Positions 1 to 10,090 of a stretch of 60,287 nucleotides of DNA are shown here, one piece after another. The stretch spans positions 1 through 60,287 of IMG/VR virus record IMGVR_UViG_3300025132_000036. One strand, 5' to 3'. The stretch is from a virus. Lineage: Duplodnaviria; Caudoviricetes. Every line of letters starts with the position of its first letter. Within the stretch, counting starts at the first letter, position 1. The translations under genes were made by a program, and so were the position numbers. The notes under the pieces were generated by a model that did no database searches, was not told the origin of the DNA, and saw only the letters and a list, made by a program, of their open reading frames with translations.

Positions 1-99
1 GACGCCGTAGGAAAGACTGTTCCTTACTTAACGTAATATCTCTCTCTCCTATCTCTCTCACACAGGTCGCGCGTACGCACCCAGTATGCACATAGGGGA
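1..99. repeat. Terminal direct repeat (copy 1), assembly overlap indicating a circular/complete contig
   Basis: 1-99 is identical to 60189-60287; 99 nt is a common assembler k-mer length. Confidence 0.95.
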
Positions 100-190
100 T
101 ATGGGTACCATGGAGTATGGCCGAGGCCCATGGCGTCGGCTCATGGCCGGGGGTGCCGAACCGGACCAGAACCCGACGGAAAACGAGGGA

Positions 191-203
191 GGGTTGATAT
201 AGT
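191..203 (+). promoter_or_regulatory. Archaeal TATA-like early promoter GGGTTGATATAG
   Basis: Same motif at 58786-58797 and 59478-59489 and on the - strand upstream of many genes. Confidence 0.7.
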
Positions 204-249
204 CGGGCGTTATCGGAGGAACGTCGAAGAGACACAGGAGAACACCCAC

Positions 250-432
250 ATGAGCGAAGCAACCAACGCAGACAAGAACAACGCAGCCGGGCTGCTTGAC
301 CAAGCGAGGCGACTCGTGGTCCAAGCACGAGCCTTGGCCGATGAGGAAAAGGACGGCCCGCTCACCCTCGTGGCGGCCATGCTCAGCCTCCGCGCAACCC
401 AACTGGCCGATGAAGTCTGGGCCATAGATTGA
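250..432 (+). CDS. Small hypothetical early protein (60 aa, MSEATNADK...)
   Basis: ATG at 250 follows AGGAG RBS and the TTGATATA promoter. Confidence 0.65.
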   Translation: MSEATNADKNNAAGLLDQARRLVVQARALADEEKDGPLTLVAAMLSLRATQLADEVWAID

Positions 433-637
433 GCCCGCGCCAGACGCAGCGCAACACGTCCCCAAGGACGCGACCGTCCCTCTCCTCGCTGCGGCGGGGA
501 GGGGGACCCCCACCGTGCGGCATTAGCCGCCAAAAATAACACTTAGCACTCCTATAGGGACAGCCAACCACCGCGCGTTTTTCTGGTAAATTTTTTTCAA
601 GGAACTTTGATAAGGTGCCGAGCACCCCGTTAAAACA

Positions 638-2029
638 ATGGCGACCCCACCGGCAGATGAAGTCATCACCCAAAACTGGTCAAACTACGAAGGCACCCGC
701 ATGGACTTTGCGCGGTACCTCAACCAAATGTACCCTGACCGGACCATCAAAGGGTGGGAAATGCAGGTCATCAAGTACGAGCGCGAGAAGGATGCGGCTG
801 ACCCGCTCTTTGGTTCTTATGAATACGACGACCAAGCCGATGTGTACATTACCTACATGTCCTCCGGCAACATCAAAATGTCCGGGCAAAGCGTTCGTGC
901 TATCCGTCGAGACTACACCAACGGCATGACGATGGCGGACATTGCAGCCAAGCACGACATTCCGGTCACCATCTTCAAAGAGTTCAAGCGTATTCACAAC
1001 CTAACCCAAAACGGCTCGCCACTTAGCGATGAGGAACTGGCCGAAGAGTCGTGGTCAGATAACGTCATCTCCTTGGTGGATGAGCGAAGGCACGCTGCCG
1101 GTAGCATGATTCACCGCGAGGAGATGAAGTCGCTGCGCAAGGACGCTGAGTCATGGCGGCGCTTTGAGTTCACCGTGCTGCGCGAACTCAAGGACAATGT
1201 GTTGACCGTTGCGAACGAGTCAGTCCCCCGCCTCACCCTGCCTGCTCCTCGCAGCCCTTACGCTATGGTTGTCTGCCCTACCGACTTCCATTGGGGCAAG
1301 CATGGATGGAAAGACGAGGTGGGCGAAACGTACAACTTCGAGGAAGCACGTGCTCGTCTGTTCGACAAGACACAGGCTCTCATTGACCGCATTTCCGCCT
1401 CACCCGAGAAGATTTACGTCGGTGCAGGTTCCGACTGGTTCCACGTGGACAACGACGCCGGTAGCACCACCCGTGGTACGCCACAAGACATGTGCGCCTC
1501 CCCCGCTGAGATTCTCATCAGCGGTTGCCGATTGGCCCGAGAACACATTGACCTGCTGCGCCAAGTGGCCCCGGTCGAGATTGTGATGATGCCGGGCAAC
1601 CACGACCGTCATTCCTCTATCGCCCTGATGATGTACCTATCTGCCGCGTACGAAAATTGCCCCGATGTGACCATCGAGGTCAGCCCCAAGATGCGCCGCT
1701 ACATTCAGTACGGCAACACGCTGCTTGGGTTCACGCACGGTGACCACCTGAGCCGCAGCACGTCCCTTCCCGCCCTGATGGCCAACGAAGCCCGCAAGGA
1801 ATGGGGTGAGTCGCAGCACGGCATTTGGTTCCACGGCCACCTGCACCATCAGACCATGAACGAAAAGGATGGGTGCCTCATCCTTCAGATGCCGAGCCTT
1901 GCCGGCCACGACCGGTACCACTACCGCGCCGGCTACACCACTTCGACCGCAGGGCTTGCTGCCTATCTGATTGATTCCAACGAAGGCTACATCGGCTCGT
2001 TCTTTGCACCAGTCATGCACGAGGAATGA
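638..2029 (+). CDS. Calcineurin-like metallophosphoesterase with N-terminal HTH
   Basis: Motifs DFHWG, GSDWFH, PGNHD, THGD, GHLHH; HTH-like 'GMTMADIAAKHDIP'. Confidence 0.85.
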   Translation: MATPPADEVITQNWSNYEGTRMDFARYLNQMYPDRTIKGWEMQVIKYEREKDAADPLFGSYEYDDQADVYITYMSSGNIKMSGQSVRAIRRDYTNGMTMADIAAKHDIPVTIFKEFKRIHNLTQNGSPLSDEELAEESWSDNVISLVDERRHAAGSMIHREEMKSLRKDAESWRRFEFTVLRELKDNVLTVANESVPRLTLPAPRSPYAMVVCPTDFHWGKHGWKDEVGETYNFEEARARLFDKTQALIDRISASPEKIYVGAGSDWFHVDNDAGSTTRGTPQDMCASPAEILISGCRLAREHIDLLRQVAPVEIVMMPGNHDRHSSIALMMYLSAAYENCPDVTIEVSPKMRRYIQYGNTLLGFTHGDHLSRSTSLPALMANEARKEWGESQHGIWFHGHLHHQTMNEKDGCLILQMPSLAGHDRYHYRAGYTTSTAGLAAYLIDSNEGYIGSFFAPVMHEE

Positions 2030-2181
2030 ACATGACGATGCGCTCACGCAAACTGCGTCGCTGCAATGAATGCGGCCATACTGCCGTGGTCATGGCGAAC
2101 ACCTGCAAAAAGTGGGACCCCAAGCGAAAAAAGACTGTGTTCTGCGGAACTATGAGGGTGGTGCGCGACGATGGTGTTTAG
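2026..2181 (+). CDS. Small Cys-rich basic protein (51 aa), not in the ORF track
   Basis: MNMTMRSRKLRRCNECGH...C...FCG; overlaps the upstream stop (ATGA) and the terminase start. Confidence 0.65.
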   Translation: MNMTMRSRKLRRCNECGHTAVVMANTCKKWDPKRKKTVFCGTMRVVRDDGV

Positions 2182-3706
2182 CCAGTTCAACCTGCAACGG
2201 TCACGTCACGATATCCGCCACTTCTATGAATGGCTCTCGGACGAGTACCAATGGGCCGACCACATCGAAGAATGGCTCGACATGTACGCAGACCGCAAGA
2301 ATGCTGCCGTCCACCGTGTCTGCATCATCGCACCACGCTCACATTCCAAGTCCGCGACGCTACGGGTCAAACTCCTGCACATGTGCCTGTTCGAGAAGCG
2401 CAATAACAAGCCCACCGAGGTGTGGTTGTTCTCAGCATCTATCCGTCAGGCATCGAACCGTCTTGAGGAAATGAAGGAGGACATGCGTCGTCACCCTGAA
2501 CTCCGCAAGTTCTTGGATGAGCGTAGGTCAAACAAGCAGAAAATCCAGTTCACCAACGGTGCATGGATTCAGGCTACCGGTGTCGGTGCCGCCATTCGTG
2601 GTGAGCACCCCACCGTCGTGGCTCTTGACGACGTGTTGGCCGAGATGGGCGACATGACCATGGGTACGGTGCGTGAATGGTTCAAGCGCGTAGTCACACC
2701 GATGCTCGACCCCGGCACATCGTGCTACGTTGTGGGTACACCGATGGCCCATGATGACCTGTATCACACCGAGATGCTCTCAGAGAAAGCCAAGGAGGTG
2801 TGGAAGTCAGGCGTGTGGTCCGCGTTCCCGAACTGGGACGAGCATATCGAGGACAACACGGTGGTTCTGCAACCGTTGTGGCCGGAATACCGACCCACAA
2901 ACTTCCTACTCGAACAGAAAGCGAGCATTGACGACGACCTCGCCTTCGCTCAAGAGTACTTGTGTAAGGTCGTGGACGATGACTCCCAAGTCTTCAACCG
3001 CCACCTCATCAGAAAAAACATAGATGTGGATGCCTTCGGCGGATTCCGCCGTGAGTTCGACTATGGCGGTGAGAACGTGGTCCTCGGTTTCGACCCGTCC
3101 CATGGTATTGGAAAAGACCATACCGTCATTTTAGCGTTGAGGCAAGATGAGGACGGATTTGTGCATTTTGTGGACATGTGGAGGCGCAACGACTTTCCGC
3201 CAGACAAGCAGGCAGACACGCTGATTGAATGGGCACAGAAGTTCAAGGCACCGATTGCAGCCGAAGACGTTGGTTTCCAACGCCTGTACCAAACCATCAT
3301 CGAGCAAAAGGGCGCACGTGTGGACTACCGTGCATCGAAAGCCTCAAACAAGGCGCTGAAGCAGGCGTTGATGAACCGACTTCGTGTTTGGTTTGAGCGC
3401 GAACTCGTGTGCTTTCCTTACGGCGATAGCGAGACTCGTTCCAAAGTCAACATCTTGCTTGCCGAACTTGAGGCTCACGTGTGGAAGAACGGTGAAATCA
3501 AGGACGTAGGCAGGCACAACGACACCGTTATGGCCCTCGCCCACGCCATTGACCAGTTCAAGCCCAAGACCGCAGACTACATGCCCATGGCCAAAGCGAC
3601 AACGACTATGGGTTCTTGGGGCAGGAAGGGTGAGAAACCAAAAACCAAGAGGGGTCGCCGTCCCCGAGGACCGACGACCGGTAGGTACGGGAGGCTAAAC
3701 CTATGA
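2171..3706 (+). CDS. terL: Terminase large subunit
   Basis: Walker A-like PRSHSKS, Walker B VVALDD, motif III VVGT, RNase H-like nuclease GFDP...HNDTVMAL; upstream of portal. Confidence 0.93.
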   Translation: MVFSQFNLQRSRHDIRHFYEWLSDEYQWADHIEEWLDMYADRKNAAVHRVCIIAPRSHSKSATLRVKLLHMCLFEKRNNKPTEVWLFSASIRQASNRLEEMKEDMRRHPELRKFLDERRSNKQKIQFTNGAWIQATGVGAAIRGEHPTVVALDDVLAEMGDMTMGTVREWFKRVVTPMLDPGTSCYVVGTPMAHDDLYHTEMLSEKAKEVWKSGVWSAFPNWDEHIEDNTVVLQPLWPEYRPTNFLLEQKASIDDDLAFAQEYLCKVVDDDSQVFNRHLIRKNIDVDAFGGFRREFDYGGENVVLGFDPSHGIGKDHTVILALRQDEDGFVHFVDMWRRNDFPPDKQADTLIEWAQKFKAPIAAEDVGFQRLYQTIIEQKGARVDYRASKASNKALKQALMNRLRVWFERELVCFPYGDSETRSKVNILLAELEAHVWKNGEIKDVGRHNDTVMALAHAIDQFKPKTADYMPMAKATTTMGSWGRKGEKPKTKRGRRPRGPTTGRYGRLNL

Positions 3707-3819
3707 ACGTGGACCCGGTAGGAATAACCGCCGTTATCATCATCGCACTCGAAGTGATTTTTTGGGTATTTGTTGGTGGTGCAATCAGCAAGTACCTGAA
3801 GGATAAACACCAACCTTGA
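3703..3819 (+). CDS. 38-aa single-TM membrane peptide
   Basis: MNVDPVGITAVIIIALEVIFWVFVGGAISKYLKDKHQP; ATGA overlap with the terL stop. Confidence 0.6.
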   Translation: MNVDPVGITAVIIIALEVIFWVFVGGAISKYLKDKHQP

Positions 3820-3846
3820 AAAGACGCCCGGAGCGTCGCTTAAGTC

Positions 3847-5241
3847 ATGGGATTGTTCGACAGGTTTCGTCGTCAGCCCGTTGCTGCCGAGACTCCCCGG
3901 TCTCGAGAGCGTACGGTATCTGCGGTTAAGACCCCCTTCAACATGATGGTGGCCGGCCTCGACAACATCGTGAAGGACACCGAGGCGCTACGCACGACGG
4001 TGTACGATAACACCAACCTGTTCGACCTGTATGACGAGATGCTTTCCTATGACCCTGAACTCAACGGGGCCGTACGTACCATCAGCCTGACCGCAAACAA
4101 ATACCGGCTTGCCGGCGGTAAGAACCAGACCATCCGAAATGCGATTGACGAACTGGTCAATGAGCGACTCGACTTCGATGACTTCCTCATCAACGCTATG
4201 CGCAACCTGATGGTGTACGGCAACGACATATCAAAACTCGTTGGTCGCACGGGTACCGGTATCACACAGGTTCAGTCGCTTCCCATCATCCACATCACCA
4301 TCACCGACGGACGTGACCCGCCCTTTGCAGCGGACAAGGACAACGCCATTATGGAGGCTCGTCGCTACCTGTTCCGCGAGAACCAACGTGGTTCTGCTAT
4401 CTATGATGCTTCTGAGATTATGCACATTCGCATTGACTACCGCAGCCATTGGATGCTCGACAAGAGCGGGCGGTGGACATACGGTGTGTGGGGCGCGTCC
4501 CGATTCTCCGCTCTCAAGCAAGCGATTCGAGCCAAGTACAACTCGATGAATAACCGCATTGCACTTGAGGACAGTCTGACCAAGCAGTACGTCACCATTG
4601 GTCCCGAGGCCGTGGCCGGCATCCAAGACCCCGATGAAGCAGCCGAGCGTCTAAACCACGTGATGGATGAAGTCGGGACGCTGCTCGACAGTCTGCGCGG
4701 TGACCAAGTGCCCATCCTCCCCCACTACGTGGACCTGAACTTCGTGGACCTCAAGAACACCGTGCCGGACAACGCCTCGTTCCTCGATGCGGTGAACGGC
4801 GATATCTCCGCCGTGCTGCACGTGCCCCGCGTGTCCATGGGACAAGAGCGCGGCTCCACCTTCGCTGCTACGTTCAACGCAAACCAATGGAGCGTGCAGG
4901 CTATCCGCCGTCTTCAGCAAGTCTTGGTCCAGTCTGTGCGCCGCCTGTTCAGTCGGCACCTTGAACTCATGGGCATCGCTCACCGAATGCAAGACCTGCC
5001 TGTGCTTGAGTTCGACCCCATGGACGAAGAGTCACCATTCGAGACTACGCGACGTGTCGTCATGGCCCACGAAGCAGGCATCAGTACCCTGAACGAAGCA
5101 CGTGAAATGCTCGGCATGGTTCCCGAAGAAGGGGACATGGGTCAAATGCGATACCAAAAGGGAGGCGCGGGACGCCCTCGGTCCACCGGAACAATGCCCC
5201 GCAACAATGAAAACGCACCAAACGAAGAGGTGGAGACATGA
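3847..5241 (+). CDS. Portal protein
   Basis: 464 aa after terL; MGLFDRF start, 'ISAVLHVP', 'GISTLNEAREMLG' typical of portals. Confidence 0.9.
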   Translation: MGLFDRFRRQPVAAETPRSRERTVSAVKTPFNMMVAGLDNIVKDTEALRTTVYDNTNLFDLYDEMLSYDPELNGAVRTISLTANKYRLAGGKNQTIRNAIDELVNERLDFDDFLINAMRNLMVYGNDISKLVGRTGTGITQVQSLPIIHITITDGRDPPFAADKDNAIMEARRYLFRENQRGSAIYDASEIMHIRIDYRSHWMLDKSGRWTYGVWGASRFSALKQAIRAKYNSMNNRIALEDSLTKQYVTIGPEAVAGIQDPDEAAERLNHVMDEVGTLLDSLRGDQVPILPHYVDLNFVDLKNTVPDNASFLDAVNGDISAVLHVPRVSMGQERGSTFAATFNANQWSVQAIRRLQQVLVQSVRRLFSRHLELMGIAHRMQDLPVLEFDPMDEESPFETTRRVVMAHEAGISTLNEAREMLGMVPEEGDMGQMRYQKGGAGRPRSTGTMPRNNENAPNEEVET

Positions 5242-5600
5242 AGGCTAAGGACACATTCAACGACCGCATGGTCCGAAAGACCGTGATTCCCGCAATTTAC
5301 CTGTGGCTGCTTGCATCCGGTTCTGTTGTGGCTATGGGTATCTTCCAACCCGACATTGTTCTCGCCAACCTCGATGGGTTCATTGCGCTTATCGCCATTA
5401 TCGGTGGTACGGCAGGGCCGGCCCTGTCCACCATCCTACGTATGTGGGAGAGCGAGCAAACGAGCGAAACCTCGGAGATGCCGATTCAAGCAGAGCACGG
5501 TCGTACTCGGGACATTGCTGAGCATGAGCACCAGATGCACATGGAAAAAGAACTCAAAGTTCCTTGGGGCGAAGAAGTCGTTGTGAACAAGAACGACTAA
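5238..5600 (+). CDS. Two-TM membrane protein
   Basis: Two hydrophobic segments; translationally coupled to portal. Confidence 0.7.
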   Translation: MKAKDTFNDRMVRKTVIPAIYLWLLASGSVVAMGIFQPDIVLANLDGFIALIAIIGGTAGPALSTILRMWESEQTSETSEMPIQAEHGRTRDIAEHEHQMHMEKELKVPWGEEVVVNKND

Positions 5601-5607
5601 AAGTCAG

Positions 5608-7950
5608 ATGAACCGTTGGTCGAACATGCCGAGTCGTCGTGAGGGTGAGGCACGTGCCGATTATATGGCCCGGTGCATGGGAGATGCAGAGTCAGTCTCC
5701 AAGTACCCCGACGAAGCGCAAAGGTATGCCGTCTGCAACGGAATGGCGGACGAGAAGCAAGTTGAGGCGCTCCAGTACGGAAAGCCGGGAAAGAATGACC
5801 CTCGCAAGACTCCCGCCAAGCCATCTGAGCGACGCAAGGGCTCAAAGAAGAACAAGCCGGGTTCTGCAAAGAAACCGAACGCAGGCATCAAAGTCAGTAA
5901 GGAAACTGAGGCGCGACTTCGCTCGCTTATGTCGAAGCACAACTCTTCAGGCAAGGGGAGCAAAGCGAGCATGGGAATGCTCAAAACTGTGTACCGTCGC
6001 GGCGCTGGTGCTTTTAGCCGTAGCCATGCCCCCAACATGTCCCGTGGTGGATGGGGTATCGCACGAGTCAAAGCCTTCCTTTACCTGCTCAGGAATGGAC
6101 GACCAAGCAACCCGAACTATAAGCAAGACAATGATTTGCTCCCGCGGGGCCATCCCCGCAAGTCCGCCAAGGCTGATGAGGAAGGCGTCGAGGCCGCTGA
6201 GTACAACGGTAAGAAAGTCAGTCTTAACAAGCCCTTCCGTACACCCAAGGGACCAAAGAAGTTCGCCGTCTATGTGCAGAACGAGTCCGGTCGTGTCGTC
6301 ATTGTTCGCTTCGGTGACCCCAACATGGAAATCAAGCGTGATGACCCCGGTCGCCGCAAGAACTTCCGCAGCCGTCACAACTGCGACAACCCCGGTCCCA
6401 AGACCAAGGCACGATACTGGTCGTGCAAAATGTGGGAGCGCAGCAAGAGCGTGACCCAGTACACTTCCAACGAAAACCAAGAGGACGAACACGAGGCGCT
6501 CTCAGATGATTTGTGGTTTGACGTATGGAGCCAAAACGAAGGTGATGAAATGAGCGAAGAATACGCTGAGTTCTATGACGAATACGACGATGTAGTCGAG
6601 GCCGAAAGCGATGAAGCCTGCTGCGGGTCTTGTGCTGAACACGCCGAAGCGGAGATGATTCGCAAGGACGTGTTCGATAACCCCGGTCAGGCTGCGGGTC
6701 GTGCGAAAGACATTGGTTGCGAAGGCATTCACAGTCACAAAGAAGGCGAAGATACGGTGTTCATGCCGTGCGAAAGCCACGAAGAGTACACCAAGAAGAC
6801 TGGTGGCGATAAGGTCGCATCCTCCCCCTGTGGTGAGGGTGAAGAACTCATCGGTGGCGAGTGCGTTCGTGTAGCCGTCACCATGGAGATGGAGATTGAT
6901 GAGGTCACGACCCGTGTTGAAGCCGCTACCGGCAAGACCTACATTCGCATTTCCGGTGTCGCGTTCCATGAGGGCGTCAACAAGAACGGTTGGGGTGTTC
7001 GCCCTGCTCTCGCAAAGCGCCTCGCTGAAAAAGAAATGATGGGTGCCGACGTGACGCTCAACCACCCGAAGGCTGAGATGGGCCGATTCAAGCGTAACAT
7101 GGACGGCGGTGTTGATGAAGCCGTCGTTGGTACGGTCGTCAGCGCATCCTATCACGATGATGATGAGGACAAGGACCGGTATAAGGTTCGATACTCCGCT
7201 GAGATTGTGCGAGAAGAACTGTTTGCTTCTCTCGAGTCCGGTCTGTGGCTCAAGCCGGGGTACGGTGTGAGCATCGGCGGTACCGGCATCCCCTCCGAAG
7301 TGATGGAGGCTGACGAGCAGTACCCCCGTGGACAGATGTGGTTTGCCGACGAGTTCGACTTTGACCACCTCGCTATCGTCCACAAGCCTGCCTACCGTGA
7401 CGCCAACATCGAAAAGGTCGAGCGTGTGGAAGCAAATGAAGGAACTCTTAAGTACCGGTCCGCAGGTAGTACGCATCACCAACAGGTGAGCGAAATGACC
7501 GACACCGAGATTCCCATCGAAACTGACGCATCCGAACTCGAGGCGCTTCGCGCCGAACTCGTGCTGCGGGAAGCCCGCATTGCTGAGTTTGAAGCGGCCG
7601 ACATGGCCCGCGCCGAAGAGGGTCGCATGGCTCTCGTCACCCGCGCATCCGAACTCGGACTCAAGGGCCACGAAGACTTCGCGGCCGAGACCCTCACCAC
7701 GATGATTGCTTCGTGGGAGGCTGCTCGCCCCGCCGCTCCGGCCGTCGAGATGACGCCAGTCACCCCCGCGGAAGAGCCGGTCGCCGCAAGCGAGAAGTCC
7801 GAGCCAGTCGTGGCCTCGTACTTCAACGGCAAGATTATGGAAGTCCCCGAGACCCTCTATGCTCGCTGCTACAACTCATGGGCTCGCGCCTACAACAACG
7901 TGTTCGCGGGTCAGGAAAACACGAAGGCCCTGCTCTTCGAGGAACTCTGA
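5608..7950 (+). CDS. Multidomain prohead protease/scaffold protein
   Basis: HK97-type protease-like region (GVAFHEGVNKNG, LNHP, GVSIGG, DHLAIVHKPAY), C-terminal coiled coil, basic N-terminal modules; precedes capsid genes. Confidence 0.8.
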   Translation: MNRWSNMPSRREGEARADYMARCMGDAESVSKYPDEAQRYAVCNGMADEKQVEALQYGKPGKNDPRKTPAKPSERRKGSKKNKPGSAKKPNAGIKVSKETEARLRSLMSKHNSSGKGSKASMGMLKTVYRRGAGAFSRSHAPNMSRGGWGIARVKAFLYLLRNGRPSNPNYKQDNDLLPRGHPRKSAKADEEGVEAAEYNGKKVSLNKPFRTPKGPKKFAVYVQNESGRVVIVRFGDPNMEIKRDDPGRRKNFRSRHNCDNPGPKTKARYWSCKMWERSKSVTQYTSNENQEDEHEALSDDLWFDVWSQNEGDEMSEEYAEFYDEYDDVVEAESDEACCGSCAEHAEAEMIRKDVFDNPGQAAGRAKDIGCEGIHSHKEGEDTVFMPCESHEEYTKKTGGDKVASSPCGEGEELIGGECVRVAVTMEMEIDEVTTRVEAATGKTYIRISGVAFHEGVNKNGWGVRPALAKRLAEKEMMGADVTLNHPKAEMGRFKRNMDGGVDEAVVGTVVSASYHDDDEDKDRYKVRYSAEIVREELFASLESGLWLKPGYGVSIGGTGIPSEVMEADEQYPRGQMWFADEFDFDHLAIVHKPAYRDANIEKVERVEANEGTLKYRSAGSTHHQQVSEMTDTEIPIETDASELEALRAELVLREARIAEFEAADMARAEEGRMALVTRASELGLKGHEDFAAETLTTMIASWEAARPAAPAVEMTPVTPAEEPVAASEKSEPVVASYFNGKIMEVPETLYARCYNSWARAYNNVFAGQENTKALLFEEL

Positions 7951-7976
7951 ACAGAGAAACAAACAAAACATAGGAC

Positions 7977-8408
7977 GTGACCAAAATGCTTTACTCAGGA
8001 AATGACCCCATTCATTGCGACTTCCTTCAGACGAACACCTACGATGGTGCCGGCTACCTCGTCAAGTACGATGCCTCCGGCATCCTCAAGACCGCGGCCG
8101 TCACCGACTCCCCGATTGCCGTCACGATTGACGAGTCCTCTCGCAACCAAGTGACCGGTAGCCTCGTGGCCGTTGCTGACGCCACCGTCAGCCTGCTGCC
8201 TCTGGACGGCGTGATTTACGTCAAGTGCATGGCCATCGCGGCCGGCTCCGTCAAGTTCGGTATGCCCCTCTATGTGTCTCAGACCTCTGACGCTGACGGA
8301 CACGTGGACGACTCCTCCGCAAACTCCGCTACGCTCGTCGGCCACTTCGTCGGCAAGCACGGCGTTGCGATTTCAACCGGGGACCTTGTTCCCGTGGCGG
8401 TTGCTTGA
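7977..8408 (+). CDS. Capsid decoration/cement-like protein (ATG at 7986 is a likely start)
   Basis: About 140 aa, Gly/Ala/beta-rich, between scaffold and MCP. Confidence 0.65.
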   Translation: MTKMLYSGNDPIHCDFLQTNTYDGAGYLVKYDASGILKTAAVTDSPIAVTIDESSRNQVTGSLVAVADATVSLLPLDGVIYVKCMAIAAGSVKFGMPLYVSQTSDADGHVDDSSANSATLVGHFVGKHGVAISTGDLVPVAVA

Positions 8409-8441
8409 GACCCACAACAAAAAACATAGGACGTGAACAAA

Positions 8442-9350
8442 ATGAACCAAAGCCTTGAAGAAATTTTCAACGTGAGCGCAGCCACCGGTCCTTTCGGTAA
8501 GGGCGACGCCGTGCTCGAGCAGACCCTCCGCGACTTCATTCAACTCCAGTCCACGACCCTCTCGGTCGGTACGAAGGTTGTCGGTGTCCGCACCGTTCCG
8601 TGGCTCGCTTTCACGTGGTACACGGGCGTGCAGGGTAGTTTCACCTACCCCTTGGACGACAACGCCGTGGTGGACCCAACGAAGGTCGGCACCGCGAACT
8701 ACTCGGTCGAACTGGCCAAGGGTCAGGGTCGCTGCACCTTCCTCGACTCCACGCTCCTCCGTGGCGAGTCGTGGGACAACATGAGCCGTCAGCAATTGGG
8801 CATCACCCAAGCGCGTGCTGACCTCATTGATAACCACATTCTGACGACCCTGAAGGCCGGTGCAGGCCAGTCCCAAGCGGCTACCGCCGTGTGGGGTACC
8901 GGCTCCGCTGACGAAGAGCAAGATATCTTGGACTCGATGGACAAGATTTTCGAGAACGCCCGTGTCTCCGGCAACGAGCGCCTCGCTCTCATCCTCCCGG
9001 CCACCTGCCGCGCTCAGATGCTCAACACCCGCCTGTACACCAACGTGCTTCAGTCCCTCACCGAGCGCCTGAACACGATGATGGCTCTCGACGTGTACTT
9101 CACCCGTGACCACGGCTCGACCGGCGCTCTCGGCAACGACGCTCTGCTCCTCATCCCCGGTGCAGAAACGGCCGAGTTCTTCCAGTACAACGGTCCCGGC
9201 TACCAAGAGACCGAACTGACCCGCATCCCCGGTGTCGGCTTCGACTGGCTCTTGTCCTCCTACATGGGCAGCGTGGTTCACGAGCACCAAGACGGTGCTT
9301 CGAGCGGGACGAATAACCGTATCGTCAAGATTACGGGCGTCATCTCCTGA
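8442..9350 (+). CDS. Major capsid protein (HK97 fold)
   Basis: About 300 aa at the canonical position, strongly biased codon usage. Confidence 0.8.
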   Translation: MNQSLEEIFNVSAATGPFGKGDAVLEQTLRDFIQLQSTTLSVGTKVVGVRTVPWLAFTWYTGVQGSFTYPLDDNAVVDPTKVGTANYSVELAKGQGRCTFLDSTLLRGESWDNMSRQQLGITQARADLIDNHILTTLKAGAGQSQAATAVWGTGSADEEQDILDSMDKIFENARVSGNERLALILPATCRAQMLNTRLYTNVLQSLTERLNTMMALDVYFTRDHGSTGALGNDALLLIPGAETAEFFQYNGPGYQETELTRIPGVGFDWLLSSYMGSVVHEHQDGASSGTNNRIVKITGVIS

Positions 9351-9694
9351 TGGTGATTCACCTGACGGAAAAGTCTGACCTCATCAAAACGCTCAAGGAC
9401 CGGGGCATCCCGGTACCCGCGAAGGCCACCGTAGCCGTGCTACGCCACCGTGCAAAGCATTGGCGGTCCGGTCAGGGCTACCTGCTTAGGCTTGCCCTGC
9501 CGACCTCACGTCGCCCCGGTTCACCGGCCGAACTCCTTGAGTCGTTCGACACGATTTACTGGGTACCTGATAGCCGCATGGCTCACCTGATTGCAGAAAC
9601 AAACTTGGTCTTCATCATGGGTCGTGCATTCGACGTGCCTGAACACGCCGTGGTGATTGACGTACCCGAAGACTTCGATGAGAGGTGGGGATGA
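9350..9694 (+). CDS. Hypothetical protein with HEH/SAP-like N-terminus
   Basis: 'KSDLIKTLKDRGIPVPAKATV'; in head operon. Confidence 0.6.
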   Translation: MVIHLTEKSDLIKTLKDRGIPVPAKATVAVLRHRAKHWRSGQGYLLRLALPTSRRPGSPAELLESFDTIYWVPDSRMAHLIAETNLVFIMGRAFDVPEHAVVIDVPEDFDERWG

Positions 9695-10089
9695 TGGCGG
9701 TCACCACGGACAACATTCGTGACCTGCTGAACCGACCTCGTGGTCTGAATGATGCGACCATCACCGAACTTATCACGCTCCGCGAGGCGGAAGTGAACAA
9801 GGTTGCCCGTAAGGCAGACAAGTACGGTGTTAGCAGCAGCAACGCACCCGACACCACCCTCAAAGAGTCAGCGACTAAGATGCTCGTAGCACTTGACTGT
9901 CTGACCATTCTGATTGATACAGTCCCGGCGTACTATAGCGAAAGTGAGCGTAGTGTGTACGACCGTCGGTACCAAGAACAAGCAAAGGCATTTGAGAAGC
10001 GTGCCGAGGAGTTCTTGGCGCTGATTGCTGAACCCAACGCCGCTGCCTTCGCCACAGGCAAAACAACGACGCGGCTGACGGGTGCTTGA
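9691..10089 (+). CDS. Putative head-tail adaptor
   Basis: Helical, about 130 aa, 'VTTDNIRDLL' start, position after MCP. Confidence 0.55.
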   Translation: MMAVTTDNIRDLLNRPRGLNDATITELITLREAEVNKVARKADKYGVSSSNAPDTTLKESATKMLVALDCLTILIDTVPAYYSESERSVYDRRYQEQAKAFEKRAEEFLALIAEPNAAAFATGKTTTRLTGA

Positions 10090-10090
10090 T

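Noticed and set aside
1-99. 99-bp terminal repeat as a biological terminal repeat
   Set aside because: The length equals a common assembler k-mer, so it is best read as circular overlap; true ends are unknown
6502-9290. Long antisense ORFs (e.g. 6502-7671, 8373-9290; likewise 35522-37575 and 54733-55914 on +)
   Set aside because: Shadow frames of GC-rich, codon-biased genes on the opposite strand
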